Part shown: one piece after another, positions 54,601 through 64,000 of the stretch
Position numbering within the stretch: the stretch's first letter is position 1
Layout of the letters: each line of letters starts with the position of its first letter
DNA from: the human T2T-CHM13v2.0 reference genome, Homo sapiens
Assembly: GCF_009914755.1 (NCBI RefSeq)
Contig: NC_060935.1
Strand: one strand, 5' to 3'
DNA length: 64,000 nucleotides
Made by a program: the position numbers and the translations under genes
Notes under the pieces: model-generated
Database searches by the model: none
What the model was told of the DNA's origin: nothing
The model's input: only the letters and a program-made list of their open reading frames with translations

Positions 54601-54865
54601 GTCATGGAAACAGCAAAGGCTCAGAGGTGGTGCCTAAAGTGGCTGGAGAAGCTGAACGGTTTGGAACAGAGGCGTGACTTGGAGGGGTAAATGGAGACCA
54701 GATTAGGAAGCCTTGGGAGGCACAATCAGGGGTTAAAATCTTGAACAATTCAGAGTTGTTTTATTTTTAAAAATATATAGAAAATGAAATCTACACTTAC
54801 GTAATAGATAACTTATGAAAAAGTACATGGAATACACATGTTGCAGTCTTGCCAATGTACCTTAA

Positions 54866-55440
54866 TGTAGCAGTTTCTCCTTGTCTGGACTGATACCCGG
54901 GATTCTTTGTCCTACTCCAAGAAAATTAAGGAACGGGACATAAGGTGAGGTGGGAGCGAAAGTTTAATAAGCGAAAGAAGAAAGCTCTCCACAGTGAGCT
55001 GAGTATGCAAGTGGATTGCCCTGTTACAGCTGAATTCAAAAGCTTTTGCAAGAAAATCTCTTATCTCTGTAGTAGTTTGAGTAACTTCTCTTATCAGTAA
55101 AGCTGTCTTACGCAGCTGTGGTTATGTATCTATGCAAGCACAAAGCACCGCCTTTTTTGTTTGCATAACTGTGGGTTTGTTTTAGGTAAGCCCCCCTCCT
55201 CCCTGTGAAAGTTCCCACCATGTATATGCCTGAAAAGGGGAGAAAACTTTCCTGGGAGCTCCCTAATTATACAAAGAACAAAAGGCTTCTGTGCTGGACC
55301 CTGTCTGCTTATCTGTGTGCAGGTGGAGCCTGAGTTTTTTACCAGGTTGTTTTATTTTTGCCTGTTGCTGTGACTTTTCAGGCAGGCCGCTTCTGCATTG
55401 AGTCTTCCCCAACTGATTTTCTCTTTCCTTCTCTCTCGCA
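54866..55440 (-). mobile_element. ERV1-class solo LTR just upstream of the PLAAT5 promoter (family not assigned)
   Basis: TG...CA bounded; LTR-like phrases (gcgaaagtttaataagcgaaagaagaaagctctcc); minus-strand ATTAAA near 54963. Confidence 0.55.
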
Positions 55441-55689
55441 CACAGTTAGGAAACATAATGTAATTACTACCCATGACAAAACCATCCTACGTAAGAAATG
55501 GAACATTCCTAGTACAGATGCTCCCCACCTATGGATTCCTTCCTTATCCCTTCTCCCTCTGCACGCCCAACGTCTATCCTGACCTTTGTGTCTGTCATAC
55601 CCTCACTTTTTAAAATAGTTTTTTAAATCGCTTCTTTGTATCCCTAATACATCACTTTGTTTTGCTTCTCTGAAACTTTATAAAAATGG

Positions 55690-56013
55690 TGCTATGGTCT
55701 GGGTGTTTGTGACTCCATAAAATTCATGTGCTAGAATTCTAACCCCCAAAGTGATGGTATCAGGAGATGGGCCCTTTGGTCATGAGTGGGATTCATAAGA
55801 GCCCTTATAAAGGAGGTCCTGCAGAGCTACCTAGCCACTTCCACCATGTGAGAACACAGCAGTTGCTGAGACCAGTCCCTCACAAGACAGGAATCTGCTG
55901 GTGCCTTGATCTTGGACTTCCCAGCCTCCAGAACTGTGAGAAATAAATTGTTGTTGTTTATAAGCCACCCAGCGTATGGTATTTTGTTATAGCAGCCCAA
56001 ATGGACTAAGACA
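55690..56013 (+). mobile_element. MaLR solo LTR (MLT1A-like)
   Basis: TGCTATGG...GACTAAGACA with 5-bp TSD AATGG (55685-55689, 56014-56018). Confidence 0.85.
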
Positions 56014-56719
56014 AATGGTATCATGCTGTTAAGTTCTCTTCTGCAATTTTCTTCTTTCAAAGTTGTTTCTATAATACATACACAGTGCTGTATAGTCCTG
56101 TAATTCATTTTCACTGCAGTAAAATATTCCACTATGTGGCTATACCACAATTTATTGACCTAGTGATAAAGCCACTTGGTGATTTGTTGGTTCTTTTTTT
56201 TTTTTTTTTTTTTTTTTTCAATTTGGGGTTGGAAACAATTGAGAAGAACCCAATTTGTATCCTGGTGTATGCATGCAGACATCACACAAGATGTAATACC
56301 TAGGAGTATATACAAATATCCAACTTTACAATAAAACACTAGAACTATTTCCCCAATTGGTGGTCCCAATTTCACTTCTACCAGCAATGGGTAAGATTTA
56401 TTAATTTACATCCTCACCAACACTTAGTATTGTCACACTTCTTGATTTTTCCAGGTGAGTGAATGTAAAATAGTATTTCACCAGCGTTTTAATTTGCATT
56501 TCCCTGATCACTAATAAAGTTGAGACCTTTACATATATTTATCACATTCCCTCTTTTTAAAAGTGTCTGTTCATGTCCTTTGCCCATTTTTCTTTGGAGT
56601 TGTGTTCTTTTTGATTTGTAGAGCTCTTTGTATATTCTTGATACTCATCTTTAGTCAGTTATACTTGTTTACACACATTTTCTTGCAGTTCATGGCTTGT
56701 CTTTTCACTTTCTTCATGA

Positions 56720-57157
<438 letters not shown>

Positions 57158-58241
57158 AGATAGTCTCCTATATTTTCTTGAAAATGTTTTTAAATTTTGC
57201 CTTTTTCGCTAATCCATTTGGAACTGATTTTTGTATATGTGGGAGGCAGGGATCCAACTTCATTTTTCCTCATATGAATAACTGTCTCAGCATCACTTGT
57301 TGATAGTTTCCACTTCTTCATAGATGAACAAGGCCACCTCTGTCCTGCATAATGCTTTGAAAGAGCAGGAATACTGTTGACTCTATTCAGTATCACTGAT
57401 AAATGTATCTGTCTTTGTGCTACTATCATGTGGTTTTAATTGCTACATCTTTATGATAAATCTTGATGTACAAATATCTCAAGATCCCTCCTTACTTATT
57501 CTTCCTCAGGAACTTCTCAACCATGCTTGAGCTTTTGCCTTTCATTATAAATTGCAAAACTAGTTTGTCAAGTTGCTCAAAATACCCTATTGGCATTTTG
57601 CTTGGAATTACAGTAAATCAATAAATCAGCTTGGCAATTTTGGCATCTTTACAAAATTGTTTCTTTCAGTTAATAATGTATTCTATCTCTCTATTGTTAG
57701 GTTTTAAAACCTTTCAATGAATTCTTCTAATATTCTTCATAAATATCTAATCTTAGTATATTGCATTTTCCCTCTACTTATTTGGAAGTTTACACTGTAT
57801 TCTTTTACTTATTGCCCTTGAAATTTTAACATGTATGCTTAAGTCTAAAATTAATATCCTAAACAATCCTCTGAAACAATGTAAGGACCTTGGAACACTT
57901 TCACTCTAATCTTTCCTACCCATGCTATTTTAGTCTGCCCCTTTTTAATCCCCAATTCACATTATTATTACCATTATTATATTAGGCAGACATTCTTTTA
58001 GATTTGCCTATATGTTTGCCACCACCTTTGCTCATCATTCCTTCTTGCATCACAAACCTTCTGTCTGAGGTCACCTTTCTTCCCAAAATACAGATGGGCC
58101 TTGAAGGTCCTATAGTGAAGTTCTATTGGTGATTAACTGCTGGTTCTCACGGTGCTGAGATGAGGACCTCAGTGCTTCCTGTGACACCATGTGGAGGAGC
58201 TGAGATGGAGAAGCAGAAGGACTTCTAATTCTGGAAAGGCC

Positions 58242-58616
58242 TGTTAAATTAAGCTTAGCCTAAAGCTGCCTCCTTACGTATTTTAAGTTCAGCCTAAAGG
58301 TTTCTCTGTACATAGTGAAATGTAACTTAACTGGATGTGTAAACAGACTATAACCTACTCTTGTGCCAGCCACCGAGTTTTAGCCAACTGTTCAAATCAT
58401 GTTCAAATAAGGCAAATGCCAAGCTGTAACCCGTCCAGCTGTTGCTGTACCTCACTTGTTCTGTATATCACTTTCCTTTTTCCGACCATAAATCATCTTC
58501 GACAATGCAGTATCACTGGAGTGTCTCTGAATCTCCTGTGATTCGACAGGTTGCCTGATTCATAAATTATTTGCTCATTTAAACTATGTTCAATTTAATT
58601 TGTCTTTCTTTTGACA
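58242..58616 (+). mobile_element. ERV1 solo LTR (MER57-like)
   Basis: Starts TGTTAAATTAAGCTTAGCCTAAAGCTGCCTCC, ends TTTGACA. Confidence 0.7.
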
Positions 58617-59309
58617 CGCCCAAAGGGAGACCCAGGTGCCTCTCTGGCGGTGGGGGGTGAGAGTCCTCAGTGGCAGAGAGTGTTGGAATGAAAGAACTTT
58701 GCCTGCACACTGTCTCTATGGAGACCACATACACAAAGGCCCCCAGCACAAGAGAACTACGCAGAGCTGGAGGGAGTCCATGGACTGTCCCACGGCACAC
58801 TAGAATCTATCACCTCTGTCCCTTCTCCATGCTCCCAACTGCAAAGGGAGGAAGAGGTGGTGTCTTTGAGGTAGACATAGTAGCCCCTGTCATCCTTCTA
58901 TTCCAGGGTACTGCAGTGGGAGGGAGGGTGCCCAAAGGAGCAAACCGTGCTCCCCACATCCAGGCCCTTAGCCATGCATCTCACCTGCCATTAGTAGGAT
59001 ATGGAATCAAAAGCTTAACATTAATTATGGCTTTTGTTTTGAATTTCTACTTTTTACTATGGACATTTTCACATACATATGAAAGTAAGAAAGAAAAGAA
59101 GTATTCTGTTTGAGAAATGCAAGCCTCCTTTAAATTATCAGACCCAAAGAGACACTGGAATGAGAAGCAGTCGTGTCCCACTGCCCCCTTAAGCTTAGTA
59201 ATGATTTCGAAGCTGCTTGCTAGGCAGGCTCCAGACTGAGAACCCACATAGCCTGCCACCCTCTGGATTATACCCATGGCATCTTTTTTTGTGGGGGGAT
59301 TGGGGGGGA

Positions 59310-61990
59310 TATTCATCCCTTCAAGGATTTATCCATTGTGTTACAAACAATCCAATTATATTCTTTTATTTTTAAATGTATAATTAAATTATTGACTATA
59401 GTCTCCCTGTTGTGATATCAATACTAGGTCTTATTCATTCTATTTTTTTGTACCCATTAACAATTCCCCCTCCCTCCCACCTCCCCACTACCCTTCCCAG
59501 CATCTGGTAAACATCCTTCTACTCTGTATCTCCATGAGTTTAATTGTTTTGATTTTTTAAATCCCACCAATAAACGAGAACATGTGATGTTTGTCTCTCT
59601 GTGCCCGGCTTATTTCACTTAGCATAATGACCTCCAGTTCCATCCATGTTGTTGCCAATGAGAGAATCTCATTCTTTCTCGTGGCTGAATATTACTCCCT
59701 TGTGTATATGTACCACAGTTTCTTTATCCATTCATCTGCTGAGACACTTTGCTTCCGAATCTTGGCTATTGTGAACAGTGCTGCAGTAAACATGGGCATG
59801 CAGATATCTCTCTGATATACTGACTTCCTTTCTTTTGGGCATATACCTAGCAGTGGGATTGCTGGATCATATGACGGCTCTATTTTTAGTTTTTAGGAAC
59901 CGCCAAACTATTCTCTATAGTGGTTGTACTAATTTACATCCCCACCAACATTGCACAGCAGTTCCCTTTTGTCCACATCCTCCAGCATTTGTTATTGCCT
60001 GTCTTTTGGATACAAGCCATTTAATTGATATATCATTGTAATTTTGATGTGCATTTATCCGATGATCAGTGATGTTGAGCACTTTTTCATTTGCCTGTTT
60101 GCCATTTGTATGCCTTCTTTTGAGAAAATGTCTATTCAGATCATTTGCCTTTTTTAAAATCAAATTATTAGATTTTTTTCCTATAGAGTTATTTGAGCTT
60201 GTTATATATTCTGGTTATTCATCCCTTATCAGATAGGTAGTTTGTATATGTTTTCTCCCATTCTGTGGGTTGGCTTGACACTTTGTTGATTGTTTCCTTT
60301 GCTGTTCAGAAGATTTTAACTTGGTGTGATCCCATTTGTCCATTTTTGCTTTGGTTTTCTATGCTTGTGAGGTATTCCTCAAGAAACTTTTGCCAAGACC
60401 AACGTGAAAGTTACCCCAATGTTTTCTTGAAGTAGTTTCATGGTTTGAGGTCTTAGATTGAAGTTGTTAATCCACTTGATTTGATTTTTATATATGGCAA
60501 GAGATAGGAATCAAGTTTCATTCTTCTGCATGTGGATATCCAATTCTCACAACACCATTTATTGAAGAGATTGTCTTTTCATCCAATATATGTGCTTGGC
60601 ACCTTTGTCAAAAATGAGTTCACTGTGGGTGTATGGATTTGTTTCTGAGTTCTGTATTCTGTTCCATTGGTCTATCTGTCTTTTTATGGCAGTAGCATGC
60701 TGTTTTGATTACTGTAACTCTGTAGTATAATTGGTAGTCAAATAATGTGATTCCTCCAGTTTTGTTCCTTTTACTCAGGATAGCTTTGGCTACTCTTGTG
60801 ATTCCACACAAATTTTAGGATTTTTTTTTCAATTTCTGTGAAGAATTACATTGGTATTTTGATAGAGATTGCACTGAATCTGTAGATTGCTTTGGGTAGT
60901 ATGGACATTTTAACAATATTGATTCTTCCAATCCATGAACATGAAATATCTTTCCATTTTTTGTGTGTCCTCTTCAACTTCTTTCATCATTGTTTCACAG
61001 TTTCATTGTAGAGATATTTCACTTCTTTGGTTAATTCCTAGGTCTTGGATTTTATTTGTGGATATTGTAAATGGGATTACTTTTTAAACTTCTTTTTCAG
61101 ATTGTTCACTGTTGACACATAGAAATACTACTGATCTTTGCATGTTGATTTTGTATCCTGCAACATTACTGAGTTGGTTTATCAGTTCTAATAGTTTTTC
61201 GGTGGACTCTTTAGGTTTTTCCAAATATAAGATCATATAATCTACAAACAAGGATAATTTTACTTCTTCCATTCCAGTCTGGATGCCCTTTATTTCCTTC
61301 TCTTGTCTAATTGTTCTAACGAGAACTTCCAGTTCTATGTTGAATAACAGTGGTGACAGTAGGCATCCTTGTCATGTCCCAAATCTTAGAGGAGAGGCTT
61401 TCAGATTTTCCCCACTCAGTATGATACTAGCCATGCCAGCTGGTATCTCCCTAGGTCACATGCCACCCTAATTGATTGGCTGTATACCCAACCTGGCACT
61501 AGAAGTTGCCTAGGAATTGCAGTTCTTGTGTCCTAGACTGCCTTTCAAGTTTACCTAGGACCCCAGAGCACTTCACCCTGTGGTGGCTAGGCTTGCCAAG
61601 AAACTCAAGTTCTGACCACTGGCTAGGGCTGGTTCAAATGCTCCCTCCATGCCTGAGCGCTGGCTGAGCCCAGCATGGCTTTATTCTCTGCTGTGACAGA
61701 GCAGCACTGAGTTCCATGTAAAATCCTTCAGTCACCATGCTCTCCCTCCCCAGAGTGCACAGATTCTCTTCTCTATGGTGCATGGCCACTGCTAGGGGGT
61801 GGGGTAGGGGTGGTGTCAGCAATTCAAGACTGTCTCTCTTGCCTTCCTCAATGTCTCTTTCCACAATATGAAGTGAAAACCAGGTACCACAGTTGCTCAC
61901 CTGATTTTTGGTCCTCGTGATGATGCTTTTCTGTGTGCAGATAGTTGATAAAATCTGGTGTTCCTGTGGTGGGGGGCGGGTGGTATAGGC
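59310..61990 (-). mobile_element. L1MA-like LINE-1: 3'UTR and ORF2 to ~61430, then L1M 5'-region sequence
   Basis: Minus-strand ORF2 fragments (59915-60163, 60620-60811, 61084-61272). Confidence 0.75.
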
Positions 61991-62462
61991 TTCTATTCCA
62001 CATCTCGCTCTGCCCCTTCTCTGTTTTTCATGAAGGACACTAGAATCTTCCCAGTCATCAGGTTCAAGATACTGGAGTCACTCATCCATCCCCTTTCCCT
62101 CGACTCCCTTATTCAGCTGGCTGTCAGGTTCTGTCAATTCTTCTTGCCTAGTATTTCTCCTAAATATCCTACCCTCTGTTCCAGAATGATTTGAAACTGA
62201 CCTCTAGAGAAAGAGGATCCGTGGAAGAGTTTTCTAGTGATCTAGAAGGCTATCAGATAGAAGAGGGAGGCAGAGATATAGACCAAAGTAGGTGAAAGTA
62301 CACATTAGTCCCTCCTCTAGGCCCCAAGAGTTACACCCATTCAGAAGCAGGGATTGTGAAAGAGCCTGCTGGAACAAAGAAGGGGACAGAGGGGGCCACC
62401 TCAAGATCCCTGACCACAAATTATTTTTCCTAGGCTGTTAATTGATAATTGATTAATAATAG

Positions 62463-62569
62463 TTATAATTGGGGTATTATAATTAGTAAATTATAATTTT
62501 TTATTATAATTTTAAATTTATATATAATTTTAAAATTATAATTTACTAATTGTAATGCCCCAATTATAA
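62463..62569. repeat. AT-rich inverted repeat, 38-bp arms with 31-nt spacer
   Basis: 62463-62500 is the reverse complement of 62532-62569 at 36/38 positions. Confidence 0.9.
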
Positions 62570-62687
62570 TCTGTGGCCAGTTAGAAGAAGAGTATGGGAC
62601 TAGTTTGTGCTTGAGCCACAATTCCAGGTCTACTGGGATAAATTGAGGAGCAGAGGCTGGACAAGAGCCATAAATCATCAGTGGTTA

Positions 62688-63933
62688 TGAAACCACCTTT
62701 GCAAATTTATGATGGTGAGAAAATTATGACAGGGAAAGAGATCTGATCCAACTAACATCCATCTTGCTCTTGACCTCCAAACTGCCCTTGATCATTCCTG
62801 AGTTTAGGCCAAGCTAACTTTGGGAGACATTTATGTAAAAAGTAAAGTAGAGGTTCCTCTTCAAAGACTTTCCTCCCCATCTAATTAGAAATAAATAGTA
62901 ACTTCTCTTAGAAGCAAAATTTATTCAAAGACCTGTGCTAACATTCTTAAATATCTGCTAGCCGTAATAGAGAAATCAATGTACTTTATGTTCTTAGCTC
63001 CCACAATTTAGCCTAAATATTTGCCCTGGCATGCTTATACTGGTCCAAGCAAGCATTAGGTTATAGCCTGTTCCTCTTCCTTATTTGAAGGTATTTTTAC
63101 CTTTCTCAGCATTCCGCAAGTTACTTCCTCCTTCCTTTGTTCTCCTCTGCCTTTGCCTCTCTTAAAAAGCTCTAAGTTGCTAGCCAATCGGGACAACTAC
63201 AGAATATGAGGTCCCGTTCCAGCCAGTGGAAACTGGACACAGCAGTAGGGTGAACACATCAGGTTATAAATGACCCTGTCTCCTTTGTTGAGTGTACTCT
63301 TATGGCAAAACTGCTGGCGAGTGTACCCTTTCTGCAGAAAGTATAAAAATGGCCTTGCTGAGAAAATTAAATTTATTTTCAAGTGCTATTTCATTATGGT
63401 ACTGGGGAACAAACATTTCAAACATTTAGTTTATAGTTTAAATGATAATAGCCCTTCCCTAAAACTAACCCACCTTTGTAAAGCTAATGAAAGGCCACCA
63501 GGTTAGGAGGATGAGAGGAGCCTAGATTCTGCCAAGGTGTAGAGGTAAACAATTACCAGCCATTATTCCAGAGATCATAAGATTTGCAACTCCCCCAATT
63601 ACTCCTGCAGATAATATCATGATTGTAGAACCTCAGATTGACAATTTGAGATGTATTTTCAGGTTTTTGCATTTCTGACAATCAACCGATGGCTCCACCT
63701 GGACCTGCCAACCCCGCCAAGCAGTCGTGGACCCAGAAGCAGACTCCCTGGCCTGCCAAACTATCCTTACAAAACCCTAGCCTCCAACTTTTCAGGAAGA
63801 TTGATTTGAGTAATAACTCCATTTACCACGTGGCACGGCTGGCCTCAATGATTAAACTCTATTGCAATGCTGTGGTCTCAGTGAATTGGTTTTGTCTGTG
63901 CAATGGGCAGGAAGAACCCATGGGGCGGTTACA
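62688..63933 (+). mobile_element. LTR8-like solo LTR interrupted by another LTR
   Basis: TGAAACCACCTTTGCAAA...GGCGGTTACA; TSD GTTA at 62684-62687 and 63934-63937. Confidence 0.8.
62834..63424 (+). mobile_element. Nested ERV1 solo LTR (LTR10-like)
   Basis: TGTAAAAAGTAAAG...CATTTCAAACA with TSD TTTA (62830-62833, 63425-63428); CCAAT and TATAAA inside. Confidence 0.75.
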
Positions 63934-64000
63934 GTTACATTCATTCATTCCATAAATATATTTGAATACTCACTCTGTGTCAGGCACTTTGCTCAATACT

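Noticed and set aside
53707-54677. Several overlapping 65-117 aa ORFs
   Set aside because: Expected from stop-poor GC-rich CpG-island sequence; the supported frame is PLAAT5 exon 1.

Overview
Repeat-dense primate DNA, almost certainly human. The single protein-coding gene is PLAAT5 (HRASLS5), which I recall lies at 11q12.3 between SLC22A9 and LGALS12. It is on the minus strand: six coding exons with GT-AG boundaries splice to a 279-codon ORF carrying the LRAT/NlpC-P60 His-His-Cys motifs, with a CpG-island promoter near 54.3 kb and a poly(A) signal near 24.7 kb. The rest is mostly nested retroelements: a broken young L1PA inside an older L1, an AluYa5, an env-retaining HERV-H provirus inside an internally deleted L1, a processed KRAB-ZNF pseudogene, old L1M/L1PB copies, Alus, ERV1/MaLR LTRs and DNA-transposon fossils. 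I see no evidence for a new multi-gene system. The most unusual items are: (1) a three-LTR HERV-H whose 3' LTR has lost both TATA and AATAAA and points at the PLAAT5 3' end; (2) a 138-bp local inverted templated duplication that predates an Alu insertion; (3) a KRAB-ZNF retrocopy of a KRAB-A-skipped isoform; (4) an inverted L1 with an unexplained filler; (5) a 38-bp-arm AT-rich palindrome. Repeat subfamily names come from remembered consensus sequences and old-repeat boundaries are approximate.
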